Shown: piece after piece, positions 20,057-29,690 of the stretch | Layout: each line of letters starts with the position of its first letter | How positions within the stretch are numbered: position 1 is the first letter of the stretch | NCBI GenBank assembly: GCA_963762255.1 | Contig: CAVXKA010000002.1 | Span: forward strand, 224,001-288,000 | DNA from: Candidatus Eiseniibacteriota bacterium | GTDB lineage: Bacteria; Eisenbacteria; RBG-16-71-46; JABDJR01 | Direction of reading: 5' to 3' | DNA length: 64,000 nucleotides | Translations under genes and position numbers: made by a program | Notes under the pieces: model-generated | Databases searched by the model: none | Told to the model about the DNA's origin: nothing | What the model saw: only the letters and a program-made list of their open reading frames with translations

Positions 20057-20350
20057 TTAGCCCTCGGTCAGGGCGCCGTCCAGAAGTTCCTCGAGCCGCT
20101 CGAGCCGCCGCACCAGATCGCGGCGCGTACGCTTGCCATGCTCGCGCTCTTCGAGCAGCTCGCCGGCGATGGTGAGCGAGGTGAGCATGGAGACCTTGGC
20201 CTGCGACTGCGTTCCCTTGGGATCGAACTCCCGCATCTTGCCGTCCACGTAGGCGGCGATACCGGCGAGCGCCTCCGGACTCATGTCCGTCCGCAGATCG
20301 TACGGGGTGCCGCGCAGCTCCACCTTGAGCGTGCGCACCGTCTTTTCCAT
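20057..20350 (-). CDS. zapA: Cell division protein ZapA
   Basis: VELRGTPYDL...IAAYVDGKM...LTSLTIAGEL; position between pheT and 6S RNA. Confidence 0.85.
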   Translation of the reverse strand: MEKTVRTLKVELRGTPYDLRTDMSPEALAGIAAYVDGKMREFDPKGTQSQAKVSMLTSLTIAGELLEEREHGKRTRRDLVRRLERLEELLDGALTEG

Positions 20351-20395
20351 CGTTCACCTCCTCGCGCGATGGGTCCAAGGCCCCTGCCGCGGTGC

Positions 20396-20716
20396 CTATT
20401 CGGGCTGCATCCCCTCGACCAGGCCGAGGATCGACTCCACCCGCCGCGCCAGCGTGGCGCGCTCGTGGAGCAGATCGTCGCGCTGCCGCGATATCCGCTC
20501 CACCTCGCCCCCGCTCGCCCGTTCCTCTTCGATCGTCGATTCCAGTTCCTCGATGCGGGCGTCCCGCTCCGCCAGTTGCTCCGCGAGGGCGTCACGCTCC
20601 GAGCGCGCCTCGCGCAGGGCTTCGAGGACGCGCACCACATGCCCCTCCAGCCGCTCCAGTGCCTCGGCCGCATGCGCGGCCTGCGCCGCCTCGACGTCCG
20701 TCTCGATGATGCTCAT
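20396..20716 (-). CDS. Coiled-coil protein, ZapB-like
   Basis: All-helical heptad pattern, ending RVESILG; upstream of zapA. Confidence 0.7.
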   Translation of the reverse strand: MSIIETDVEAAQAAHAAEALERLEGHVVRVLEALREARSERDALAEQLAERDARIEELESTIEEERASGGEVERISRQRDDLLHERATLARRVESILGLVEGMQPE

Positions 20717-20738
20717 GCCGTTCCCTTCCGCGGCGCGC

Positions 20739-23156
20739 TCAGGTGTCGCGCCGCGTGATGCCGCGCTGCCCCAGACCGTTCACGATCCGATCCACGGCGG
20801 CGTCCACGTCCTTGTCTTCCAGCGTCCGATCGGGGGCGCGAAACGTCAGGCTGTACCCGAGCCCCACAAACCCGGACGGAATGTGCTTGCCTCGATAGTG
20901 ATCGAACAGTTCCACCGCCACCAGGTGCACGCCCGCCAGCTCGCGGAGCCAGCCGCGCACCTCGTCCTGCGTGCGCTCGGCGGGGACCACCAACGCGAGA
21001 TCGCGGCGCATCGACGGAAAGCGCGACGGTTCTTCGTAGCGGCGCGGCACACCGGTGTCGAGAGGAAGCGCGTCGAGGCGCACCTGCCCCACGTACACCG
21101 GCCGGTTCAATTCGAAGCGCGCGCGGGTGCCCGCGTCGGTCTCCCACACGAATCCGACGTTGCGATCCCCGCTCACGATGCCGATCGCGCCGGGTGGAAC
21201 GACGTCCGCGTCAGAATAGGGTCGCCACTGGGTGCCGTCAATTCCGCAGGCGGCGAGCAACGCCTCCACGAATCCCTTGAAGTCCTGAAGCCCCAGGCTG
21301 CGCTGCGCGCGCTCGAGCGACGAGGCAAACGTCCCGCCGGCGGCAGCGAGACCGATCCACTCCGTCTCTTCCGGGAGCTCGTCCGCGCCCTCCTCGATCG
21401 AGGCGCGCCGGAAGGTCTTGCCGAGTTCGTAGAGGCGCACCTCGGCCAAGCCGTGGCGCAGGTTGTGCCCTACCGCGGCCAGGAGGGAGGGAACCAGCGA
21501 GACCCGAAGCCCCTCTTCTTCGCGAGAGCGCGGCTCGAAGAGTGGAAAGAACGCCGCGTCCGACCGCTCCGCCGACACACCGACCAGCGTGGCGGCATCG
21601 CGCGAGGTGAGCGTGCGCGTGCAGGCCTCGTTGAATCCGAAACCGCGCAGGATCTCTCCGGCGCGACGGCGGCGCACTTCCTCCGCCTGGATGGGAGCGC
21701 TCACCGCGCTCGCGTTGTAGGCGCGCGAACCGATGGCGTCGTAGCCGCGATGCCGCGCGACCTCTTCCACCAGATCGCACTCCTCGAACACGTCGCGCCG
21801 CCACGAGGGGACGGTCACCCGCATCGTCCCGTCCTGCTCCCGCGCCACCTTGAACCCGAATGCGCGGAGCCGCGTTTCCACTTCATCCGCCGGGACGGCC
21901 TCGCCGAGCGTCTCCCCCACCTTCTCGGGGCGCAGCGTGACGAGACGCGGCGCGGTCAACGCGGGGTCGGCGATCTCCGCGAAACCCGGAGCGACCTCGC
22001 CGCCGGAGAGCTCCGCGATGAGCCCCGCCGCGCGGCGCGCGGCGCGGACAACGTTGCCCGGGTCCACGCCGCGACGGAAGCGAATGGCGGCATCCGTGTC
22101 GAGGCGCAGCGCGCGCGAGCCCTTCAGCACGCGCTCGGGGCGGAACCACGCCGCTTCGAGCACGATGTTCTTCGTCCCCTCGTGAACCTCGGTGTTGGCC
22201 CCTCCCATCACACCACCGGCCCCGATCGGACGTTCGCCGTCGGTGATGAGGAGCACCTCGGGGTCGAGCATGCGGTCCACGTCGTCGAGGGTGGTGAGCC
22301 GCTCGCCGGCGCGCGCGCGGCGCACCAGGATGCGGCCGGTGCCCAGACGCTCGGCGTCGAAGGAGTGGAGCGGCTGACCCATCTCCTGCATGACGAAGTT
22401 GGTGACATCCACGACGTTGTTGATGGAGCGCTGGCCCACCGCTTCGAGGCGCTTCACGAGCCACGCCGGCGAGGGACCGACGGTGACGCCGCGGATCAGG
22501 TGCGCGGTGAAGCGCCCGCAGTCTTCGAGGCTCTCGACGGCCACCCCGAACTCGCAGGCGGGGGCGCCCCCCTCGGGCACCGTCGACTCGGGCACGCGCA
22601 GCGGCTGCCCGGTTACGGCCGCGATCTCCCGCGCGAGGCCCAGATGACTCAGGCAGTCGCCGCGGTTGGCGGGGATGTCGATGTCGAGGATCACGTCCCC
22701 CGCTCCGAGCACCTTGGCAAGCGGGGTGCCGACCGGCGCCGGCTCGAGCTCGATGATGCCGGAGGCGTCGTCGCCGAGGCCGAGTTCGATCTGCGAGCAG
22801 AGCATGCCCATGCTGGTCTCGCCGCGGATCTTGCTCTTCTTGATGGTCATGCCGTTGGGGAGCGCGGTGCCGATGGTGGCCAGCGCCACGTACAGCCCGT
22901 CGCGCGCGTTCGGCGCGCCGCAGACGACGTCCAGCAGTTCGCCGTGGCCTGCGTCGACCTTGCAGAGGCTCAAACGGTCCGCGTTGGGATGCTGGCGGCG
23001 CTCGACGATGCGGGCCACCACCACGGTGTCGGGGATGGAGGCCGGGCGCTCGACGCGGTCCACCGGCAACCCGGCCATGGTGAGGCGGCGCGCGAGGACA
23101 TCCGGGTCCTCGGTCACGTCGGTGAAATCACGAATCCAGTTCAAGCTGAAGCGCAC
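20739..23156 (-). CDS. pheT: Phenylalanine-tRNA ligase beta subunit
   Basis: HPNADRL, CGAPN, IRGETSMGMLCS, NRGDCLS, GQPLHSFD, PSRFP-x-x-RRD; GTG start 23156. Confidence 0.95.
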   Translation of the reverse strand: MRFSLNWIRDFTDVTEDPDVLARRLTMAGLPVDRVERPASIPDTVVVARIVERRQHPNADRLSLCKVDAGHGELLDVVCGAPNARDGLYVALATIGTALPNGMTIKKSKIRGETSMGMLCSQIELGLGDDASGIIELEPAPVGTPLAKVLGAGDVILDIDIPANRGDCLSHLGLAREIAAVTGQPLRVPESTVPEGGAPACEFGVAVESLEDCGRFTAHLIRGVTVGPSPAWLVKRLEAVGQRSINNVVDVTNFVMQEMGQPLHSFDAERLGTGRILVRRARAGERLTTLDDVDRMLDPEVLLITDGERPIGAGGVMGGANTEVHEGTKNIVLEAAWFRPERVLKGSRALRLDTDAAIRFRRGVDPGNVVRAARRAAGLIAELSGGEVAPGFAEIADPALTAPRLVTLRPEKVGETLGEAVPADEVETRLRAFGFKVAREQDGTMRVTVPSWRRDVFEECDLVEEVARHRGYDAIGSRAYNASAVSAPIQAEEVRRRRAGEILRGFGFNEACTRTLTSRDAATLVGVSAERSDAAFFPLFEPRSREEEGLRVSLVPSLLAAVGHNLRHGLAEVRLYELGKTFRRASIEEGADELPEETEWIGLAAAGGTFASSLERAQRSLGLQDFKGFVEALLAACGIDGTQWRPYSDADVVPPGAIGIVSGDRNVGFVWETDAGTRARFELNRPVYVGQVRLDALPLDTGVPRRYEEPSRFPSMRRDLALVVPAERTQDEVRGWLRELAGVHLVAVELFDHYRGKHIPSGFVGLGYSLTFRAPDRTLEDKDVDAAVDRIVNGLGQRGITRRDT

Positions 23157-23262
23157 CGTGGTCTCCCCTGCGCGGGCGCGGCGGCCGAGACGCTCCGCGG
23201 AGGGGCGGACGGTCATCGCCGGCGCGATGTGGAGCGCGAATCCTACCACGCGCGCGATGGAA

Positions 23263-24285
23263 CTAGAACTGGGTGAGGATGCGGAGGTCGTTCTCGAAGA
23301 AGAGGCGAATGTCCGGGACGCCGTGGCGGAGCATCGTGACGCGCTCCACGCCCATGCCGGCGGCATAGCCCGAGACCGCCTCGGGATCGTAGCCGACGTT
23401 GCGCAGCACCCTGGGGTGAACCATGCCCGCCCCGAGGATCTCGATCCAGCCGCTCTGCTTGCAGAGACGGCAGCCCGCTCCCTTGCACTGGAAGCAGGAG
23501 ATGTCCATCTCCGCGCCCGGTTCCACGAACGGGAAGTAGCTCGGGCGGAAGCGCACGTCGAGGTGCCCGCCGAACATCTCGTGGGCGAACCGGGTGAGCG
23601 TCCCCCGGAGATCCTTCATCGTCACGCCGCGGTCCACGTAGAGGATCTCCACCTGGTGGAACTCGGAGGAATGCGTGGCGTCCTGGGCCTCGCGCCGGTA
23701 GACGCGTCCCGGGAACACCATGCGGATCGGCGGCGGCGTGCTCTCCATCACACGGATCTGCACCGGCGAGGTGTGCGTGCGCAGCAGGATGTTCTCCGAC
23801 GCGAAGAACGTGTCCTGCATGTCGCGGGCGGGGTGCCCCTTGGGGAAGTTGAGCGCCTCGAAGTTGTGGTAGTCGTCCTCCACATCCGGGCCGCGCGCCA
23901 CGGCGAAGCCCATGCCGCGGAAGATGTCGAGGATGCGCTCTTCGGTCTGGGTGAGCAGATGCGCGTGACCGCGCGGCGGGCGCACCCCGGGAAGGGTGAG
24001 ATCCTCGCGCACGGCGGCGGCGGCGCGGTTGAGCGCGGCCTCCCTCTCGGCGAGCGCGACATCGAGGGCCACCTTGGCCTCGTTCGCGGCCTGACCGACC
24101 CGCCCGCGCTCCGCGGGCGGAACGTCCTTGAGGCCGCGCAGGATCGCGGTCAACGGCGCCTTGCGGGTCAGATGCTGGATGCGAACCGCTTCGAGAGCGG
24201 CCGCATCCGCGGCCCCGGCGATCTCGGCCAGGGCCGTCTCGCGGATCCGCTCGACTTCCTGGATGAGGCTCAGCGCGTCGGCCAC
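23263..24285 (-). CDS. pheS: Phenylalanine-tRNA ligase alpha subunit
   Basis: HPARDMQDTF, LRTHTSPVQ, FRPSYFPFVEP, GWIEILGAG; GTG start 24285. Confidence 0.95.
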   Translation of the reverse strand: MADALSLIQEVERIRETALAEIAGAADAAALEAVRIQHLTRKAPLTAILRGLKDVPPAERGRVGQAANEAKVALDVALAEREAALNRAAAAVREDLTLPGVRPPRGHAHLLTQTEERILDIFRGMGFAVARGPDVEDDYHNFEALNFPKGHPARDMQDTFFASENILLRTHTSPVQIRVMESTPPPIRMVFPGRVYRREAQDATHSSEFHQVEILYVDRGVTMKDLRGTLTRFAHEMFGGHLDVRFRPSYFPFVEPGAEMDISCFQCKGAGCRLCKQSGWIEILGAGMVHPRVLRNVGYDPEAVSGYAAGMGVERVTMLRHGVPDIRLFFENDLRILTQF

Positions 24286-24289
24286 CGGA

Positions 24290-24649
24290 CTAGGCGTTCG
24301 CCGCGTCCCGCGCCACCTGAGCGAGCTGCGCAAAGGCCTCGCTGTCGTGCACCGCCAGCTCGGCCAGCACCTTGCGGTCGATCTCCACGTTGGCCAGCTT
24401 CAGCCCGCTGATGAAGACGCTGTAGGACAGCCCGTGCTGACGCGCGGCGGCGTTGATGCGTGTGATCCAGAGACGCCGAAAGTCGCGCTTCTTGCGACGG
24501 CGATGCTCCCACGCGAAGTGCAGACCGCGCATGACGGTCTCGTTCGCGCTCTTGAACAACTTGGACCGGCCGCCGAAGTTTCCCCTGGCGGCGGCCAAGA
24601 CCTTCTTTCGCCGGGCCCGACCCGGCACTACTCCAGTTGCGCGTGGCAT
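24290..24649 (-). CDS. rplT: 50S ribosomal protein L20
   Basis: RRRKKRDFRRLWITRINAA, DRKVLA. Confidence 0.97.
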   Translation of the reverse strand: MPRATGVVPGRARRKKVLAAARGNFGGRSKLFKSANETVMRGLHFAWEHRRRKKRDFRRLWITRINAAARQHGLSYSVFISGLKLANVEIDRKVLAELAVHDSEAFAQLAQVARDAANA

Positions 24650-24739
24650 GTTCGTTACCTCCCGCTCCCCGCTGGACGGGGGCGTAGCGGCGGAGACGAG
24701 AGCGCAGCGCGGCGCGCGGCTCTCCCGCCGGAAATCGGT

Positions 24740-24937
24740 CTAGCGGAGTCCCAACATCCTCTTCACCCGGTCGCCGTCGGCCGAGCTCACCATGGTGGAC
24801 TGGCGCAAGTTGCGCTTCCGCTTCGTCGTCTTCTTGGTCAGGATGTGGCTCTTGTACGCCTTGCCACGCTTGATGCGCCCCGAGGCGGTGCGCTTGAAGC
24901 GCTTGGCCGCGCCACGGTTCGTCTTCAACTTGGGCAT
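24740..24937 (-). CDS. rpmI: 50S ribosomal protein L35
   Basis: [14 protein letters not shown]...HILTKK. Confidence 0.97.
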   Translation of the reverse strand: MPKLKTNRGAAKRFKRTASGRIKRGKAYKSHILTKKTTKRKRNLRQSTMVSSADGDRVKRMLGLR

Positions 24938-24948
24938 CGTGATCTCCT

Positions 24949-25575
24949 TTAGCTCGGGCTCCCCGGCTTGGGAGTGTCGAGCGCTACTGGCTCCGGCGCC
25001 GCAGCCGGTCTTCCGGGCTCAGGCGCCTCATCCGGCTTGCCGGGCTTCGGCTTCTCTCCCCGACGGGGCATGAGGATCATCCCCATGGTGTGCCCTTCCA
25101 TGCGAGGAGGGGTTTCCAGCACGGCGATGTCCTGCAGCAACTCAGCAGCCTTGTCGAGCAACTGCCGGCCCAACTCCGAGTGCGCAACCTCGCGGCCTCG
25201 GAACATGACCGTGAACTTCACTTTGTCGTTCTCGTTCAAGAACGCGCGCGCATGGTTCACCTTGAACTCGAAGTCATGCTCGTCGATCTTGGGCCTGAAC
25301 TTCACTTCCTTGACTTGGATCCGGTGCTGGACCTTGCGCGCCTTGGCCGCTCGCTTGGCCATCTCGTACTTGTACTTGCCAAAGTCCATGATCCGGCACA
25401 CCGGCGGCGAGGCCTGCGGCGAGACCTCGACGAGATCCAGACCGTGCTCACGCGCGAGTCGGAGCGCTTCGTACGAGGACATCACCCCCACTTGACTGCC
25501 GTCCTCAGCGACCACTCGGACGCTGGGGATTCGGATGCGCTCGTTGACCCGCACCTGATCTTCTTTCTTTATTAT
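24949..25575 (-). CDS. infC: Translation initiation factor IF-3 (non-canonical ATA start)
   Basis: [39 protein letters not shown]; AGGAGG 8 nt upstream of in-frame ATA at 25575. Confidence 0.95.
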   Translation of the reverse strand: MIKKEDQVRVNERIRIPSVRVVAEDGSQVGVMSSYEALRLAREHGLDLVEVSPQASPPVCRIMDFGKYKYEMAKRAAKARKVQHRIQVKEVKFRPKIDEHDFEFKVNHARAFLNENDKVKFTVMFRGREVAHSELGRQLLDKAAELLQDIAVLETPPRMEGHTMGMILMPRRGEKPKPGKPDEAPEPGRPAAAPEPVALDTPKPGSPS

Positions 25576-25650
25576 GCTATTTACCTCCTGTACTGATCCC
25601 CGGCCCGCCCCCGCTGTCGCGTGGGTGTTCCGGAGAAGGCCAGACCGTCC

Positions 25651-25897
25651 AAAAACGAAAAAGCGGAGCCGCGCGAGGACGCGCCTGCTCCGCTCTCACC
25701 GACGCGACGATCCCGGATGGAGTTCTCCCACCCGGTTCCGGCCACGGCACCCCCGCGAACGAGACGTCCACGGAGAGCTGGGTCCCGGAGCGACCTGTCG
25801 CAATCAGCGCCCCCCACTCGGGGGAACCCGGCCGACCGACGGACCGCCGCGCGAACGCGGGTCCCGCCGCCGGGTGAGAAGCAAACGCCCCTGCTTG
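25651..25897 (-). promoter_or_regulatory. L20 ribosomal protein leader (attenuator) upstream of infC-rpmI-rplT
   Basis: AAGCAG...TTTGCTTCTCACC 5' block; CTCACC/GGTGAG pairing; terminator AGCGGAGC...GCTCCGCT-TTTTCGTTTTT; antiterminator GCGTTTGCTTC/GGAGCAGGCGC. Confidence 0.75.
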
Positions 25898-25913
25898 GCG
25901 CAAGCCCAGTATC

Positions 25914-27836
25914 TTATTGGTAGGCCGCCACCTCGGCAAGGACTTTCTCGAGGAACTCGGGCCGGCTGGTGGACCCCTGATCCCCCACCCCGTGGCGGCG
26001 GACCGAGACCGTCCCCGCCGCCTCGTCGCGGCGTCCCACCACCAGCATGTACGGGACTTTGAGGACCTCGGCGTCCCGAATCTTGGCTCCGATCTTCTCG
26101 TTGCGCTCGTCGATGTCCACCCGGATGCCGGCCGCGGCCAACTCGTCCCGAACCACCCCGGCATAGCCAAGGTTCTGTTCGCTGATGGGCAGGATCCGGG
26201 CCTGAACCGGGGCCAACCAGACGGGGAACGCCCCCGCGTAGTGCTCGATCAGGATCCCGAAGAACCGCTCGAGTGAACCCAGGAGCGCTCGGTGGATCAT
26301 ATAGGGGCGGTGCTTCGCGCCGTCCTCGCCGATGTAGGTCATGTCGAAGCGCTCGGGCTCGTTGAAGTCGAACTGGATCGTGCTGCACTGCCAGGAGCGG
26401 CCGATGGCGTCGCGGATCTTGATGTCGATCTTGGGGCCGTAGAACGCCCCTCCGCCGTCATCTACCTGGAAGGAGAGCCCGGTCTTCTCGAGGGCCGCGC
26501 GCAGCGCCCGCTCCGCCGCCGCCCAGCGCTCCGGCTCCCCCACCGCCTTGGCGGGACGGGTGGAGAGGTAGAGCTCGAAGTCCTGGAAGCCGAAGGTGCG
26601 CAGCATGTCCAGGCAGAAGTTGAGAACGCGGTCGATCTCGGCGTCCATCTGCGCCGGGCTCACGAAGAGGTGCGCGTCGTCCTGGGTGAAGCCCCGCACG
26701 CGCATGAGGCCGTGGAGCACGCCGGGAAGCTCGTAGCGATACACGGTGCCCAGCTCCGCCCACCGCAGCGGCAGCTCGCGATAGGAGCGCAGGTTCGTGT
26801 TGTAGATCTTGATATGGAAGGGGCAGTTCATCGGCTTGACGTAGAATTCCTGGTCGTCCATCACCATGGACGGGTACATCGCTTCTTTGTAGAAGTCGAG
26901 ATGTCCCGAGGTCTCCCAGAGGGCCGCGCGACCCACGTGCGGCGAGTAGACGAGCTCGTAGCCGTTGGCGAGGTGCGCGTCCCGCCAGTAGTCCTCGATG
27001 ACCTTGCGGATGCGCGCGCCACGCGGGTGCCAGAACACGAGGCCGCCCCCCACGTCCTCGTGGAGCGAGAACAGATCGAGTTCGCGGCCGAGCTTGCGAT
27101 GGTCGCGCTTCTTGGCTTCCTCGATGCGGGCCAGGTAGACCTCGAGCTGCTCCTTCGAATCCCACGCCGTGCCGTAGATGCGCTGCAGGCGATCGCGATT
27201 CGAGTCGCCGCGCCAGTAGGAGCCGGCCACGGAAAGGAGCTTGAACGCCCGCAGGCGGCCGGTGGTGGGCAGGTGCGGACCGGTGCAGAGATCCTCGAAC
27301 TCGCCGTGACGGTAGAGGGTGACCTCCGGATCGGCGATCCCCGCGAGGATCTCCACCTTGAACCGGTCATTGCGGCGCTCGAACTCGCGCACCGCCGCTT
27401 CCTTGGGGAGCCAGCTCTTCTGGAACGGCAGGTTGCGATCGACGATCTCCTGCATCTTCACTTCGATCGCGCGCAGATCGTCCTCGGTGAAGGGACGCTC
27501 GGTCTCGAAGTCATAGTAGAACCCGTCTTCGATGGCGGGACCGATCGCGTACTTGGTGTTGGGGAAGAGCTCGGCCACTGCCGAAGCCATGATGTGCGCC
27601 GTGCTGTGCCGGTACATCTCACGGCCGACGGGGTCGTTGAAATCCACGGGCACGACCTCGGCGCCGTCCACCGCACGCTCGGAAAGCCCCTGGAGCTTTT
27701 CGTCCACCTTCACGCCGTAAGCGTCGGCGGGCGCGCCGGCGAGGCGCAGCGCGTCCGCCCACACCCCCTCGGCGGGGACATCGACTTCGCGGAGGCCGTC
27801 CGCCAACCGAACCTTGACCTTGGCCATGAGCTTCAC
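25914..27836 (-). CDS. thrS: Threonine-tRNA ligase
   Basis: HSTAH, GFYYDF, RDHRKLG, KPMNCP, FTQDDAH, FYGPKID, HRALLGSLERF. Confidence 0.97.
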   Translation of the reverse strand: MKLMAKVKVRLADGLREVDVPAEGVWADALRLAGAPADAYGVKVDEKLQGLSERAVDGAEVVPVDFNDPVGREMYRHSTAHIMASAVAELFPNTKYAIGPAIEDGFYYDFETERPFTEDDLRAIEVKMQEIVDRNLPFQKSWLPKEAAVREFERRNDRFKVEILAGIADPEVTLYRHGEFEDLCTGPHLPTTGRLRAFKLLSVAGSYWRGDSNRDRLQRIYGTAWDSKEQLEVYLARIEEAKKRDHRKLGRELDLFSLHEDVGGGLVFWHPRGARIRKVIEDYWRDAHLANGYELVYSPHVGRAALWETSGHLDFYKEAMYPSMVMDDQEFYVKPMNCPFHIKIYNTNLRSYRELPLRWAELGTVYRYELPGVLHGLMRVRGFTQDDAHLFVSPAQMDAEIDRVLNFCLDMLRTFGFQDFELYLSTRPAKAVGEPERWAAAERALRAALEKTGLSFQVDDGGGAFYGPKIDIKIRDAIGRSWQCSTIQFDFNEPERFDMTYIGEDGAKHRPYMIHRALLGSLERFFGILIEHYAGAFPVWLAPVQARILPISEQNLGYAGVVRDELAAAGIRVDIDERNEKIGAKIRDAEVLKVPYMLVVGRRDEAAGTVSVRRHGVGDQGSTSRPEFLEKVLAEVAAYQ

Positions 27837-27967
27837 CTCGTTGGGAGCCGGTGCGATCCCTCGCCTCCCGGCCGTAAACAGCGACGCAGGCCGGAGGCCT
27901 GCGTCGAGCGGGAACCGGATCTGTGCCGGTGATGCCTCCTACCGGACCGGCGTCACCGAGATCGAAT

Positions 27968-28044
27968 TGGTGGGCGATAGTGGAGTTGAACCACTGACCT
28001 CTTGCATGTCAAGCAAGCACTCTAACCAACTGAGCTAATCGCCC
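27968..28044 (-). tRNA. tRNA-Val(GAC)
   Basis: GGGCGATTAGCTCAG...CTTGC-TT-GAC-AT-GCAAG...CCA. Confidence 0.95.
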
Positions 28045-28128
28045 CCACGAATCACAAACGCGGACGTATCGGACGGGGGGGAGCTTGTCGCGCGCGGCAT
28101 CCGCAGCACCGGAGCGGCGCGCAGGCAC

Positions 28129-28374
28129 TCACCACTCCTCCTCGTTCTCCTCCTCCTCCTCCTCGAAGTCCTCGTCCCAGTCCTCCTCGTCGTCGTCGTC
28201 CTCGTCTTCCTCGTCGTCGTCGAGGTCCTCCTCGTCCTCCTCGACCGCGTAGACTTCGTCGCTGCCGCACTCCGGACAATAACGCACGGCCGCTTCGGGG
28301 CCGGTCCCTTTGGGCTCTTCCTCGAAGGTCGCCCCGTCCTCGTCCGTGTACCCGCAGTTGTCACACTGCCACAT
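28129..28374 (-). CDS. Small CxxC/CxxC zinc-ribbon (rubredoxin-like) protein with a highly acidic tail
   Basis: WQCDNCG...YCPECGS followed by D/E run; AGGAGG RBS upstream. Confidence 0.8.
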   Translation of the reverse strand: MWQCDNCGYTDEDGATFEEEPKGTGPEAAVRYCPECGSDEVYAVEEDEEDLDDDEEDEDDDDEEDWDEDFEEEEEENEEEW

Positions 28375-28597
28375 GCTGGATCCCTCCTGCTATCCGCGCC
28401 AAAGCCTGTTCCCCGTAAGGGGCATGAGGGTAAACGCACCCCCCAGCCCGATTCCAGCGTTTTCTACCCCGCCGTCAACCCGGAGATGCGGGTTCTCCCC
28501 ACCGCCCATGAACCTGTTGTCGGACAAGAGACTAGGCAGGATCGCCGGGCCCGCTCACCGGCCGGCCGCGGACGCACCGCCGAGACGTCGCTTCAGG

Positions 28598-29038
28598 TCA
28601 GCGCGCAGCCAGGTACAGGGCCTTGATCGCGCCGAACGTGGTCTGCAGCGCAGGGACGGGAGCATCCACGAGGTAGTTCCAATTGAAACCGGTGAAGCCG
28701 TAATCCTGGCCGAACTCGTTGCGTGTGAAGAGCTGGTACTCGACGAAGATCCCTGGCATCTGCGGGGGGAGTTCGGCTCTCCAGTTCGCTGGGACGGGGC
28801 CGGAGGCGTCGAAGGTGCCGAGAACCTTCACGTAGGTCGAGCCGATCCTGTACTCCACGCCCGCGGTCTCCCCGAAGGCGGTATCGCTCTCGATCCAGAG
28901 GATGACCGTATCCACGTCGGTGGGGCTCGCCGGATCCTGCACGATGAGGTTGCGGTAGGTGGCGGCGGCGGCCGGGGCGACGGACAGGGCGGTAAGCATG
29001 AGGCAGGCAGCTAGCAGGAGGAGTAGCAAGCGCTTCAT
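28598..29038 (-). CDS. Secreted beta-rich protein with C-terminal TFGAIKALY motif
   Basis: AGGAG RBS, signal peptide MKRLLLLLLAACLMLTALSVAPAAA from ATG 29038. Confidence 0.75.
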   Translation of the reverse strand: MKRLLLLLLAACLMLTALSVAPAAAATYRNLIVQDPASPTDVDTVILWIESDTAFGETAGVEYRIGSTYVKVLGTFDASGPVPANWRAELPPQMPGIFVEYQLFTRNEFGQDYGFTGFNWNYLVDAPVPALQTTFGAIKALYLAAR

Positions 29039-29131
29039 GGGGGGATCTCCTTGTTGCATAAGCCGAGACGAGGATCGTGAGCACGAGGCGTTTGGCTCCC
29101 CTAATGGTACCACGTCGCGGGGAGCCATGGA

Positions 29132-29690
29132 TCATTCCTCGGTCCCCCCGAATAGGCCTCCCTGCTCGGGTTGCGGCTTCCCGCCTTCACGGGAGAGCCG
29201 GGCGATCTCGGGCCAGCTCTGGACAAGGCCGTTGTACGCAAGCGCCTCGGCCGCGCGCTTCTTGCGCTCGCAGAGCGTGTAGAGGCGGTAGGCCAGCTCA
29301 CGAGCGACTTCGGCCCTCGCGCCAAGCTTGGCGACCAGATCTGAAGCCGCACCTTCTCCCCCGCTTGCGAGCACGCGGATCAGGTGGTGGACGACCTCCC
29401 ACGCAGTGAGGCGCGAATCGCTCGCGGGGTCCCACTTGGCGGGGAGTTCGTCCAGCTTCAAGAGCCGCACCTTGCCGCGCTTCGATTCGAGGATGCCTGC
29501 TTCGACCATGCCGGCGACGCTCATGTTCTTGGACTTAAAGAGTTGCTCGGCCACGCCGTACTCCCCCTCCGTGAAGCCCGATTGCTCGAACCAGGTCAGC
29601 GCCCAACGGGTGTCGGCGTCGAAGTCGCCCTCCTGCGCGGCGAGGGCCTCATCGAGAGTCTGGTTGATGAGGGCGAGCGCCTCACGCAGC
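29132..29690 (-). pseudogene. C-terminal fragment of DUF1156 adenine-specific DNA methylase
   Basis: REALALINQTLDE..QEGDFDADTRWA..WEVVHHLIR..ARELAYRLY..CERK..ALAYNGLVQSW; truncated at the IS3 junction. Confidence 0.8.

Noticed and set aside
20283-23276. Very long opposite-strand ORFs (997 aa here; also 513..2444, 16088..17911, 58845..60878)
   Set aside because: Antisense shadows of real genes caused by high GC3; no motifs, Arg/Ala/Pro-rich composition.
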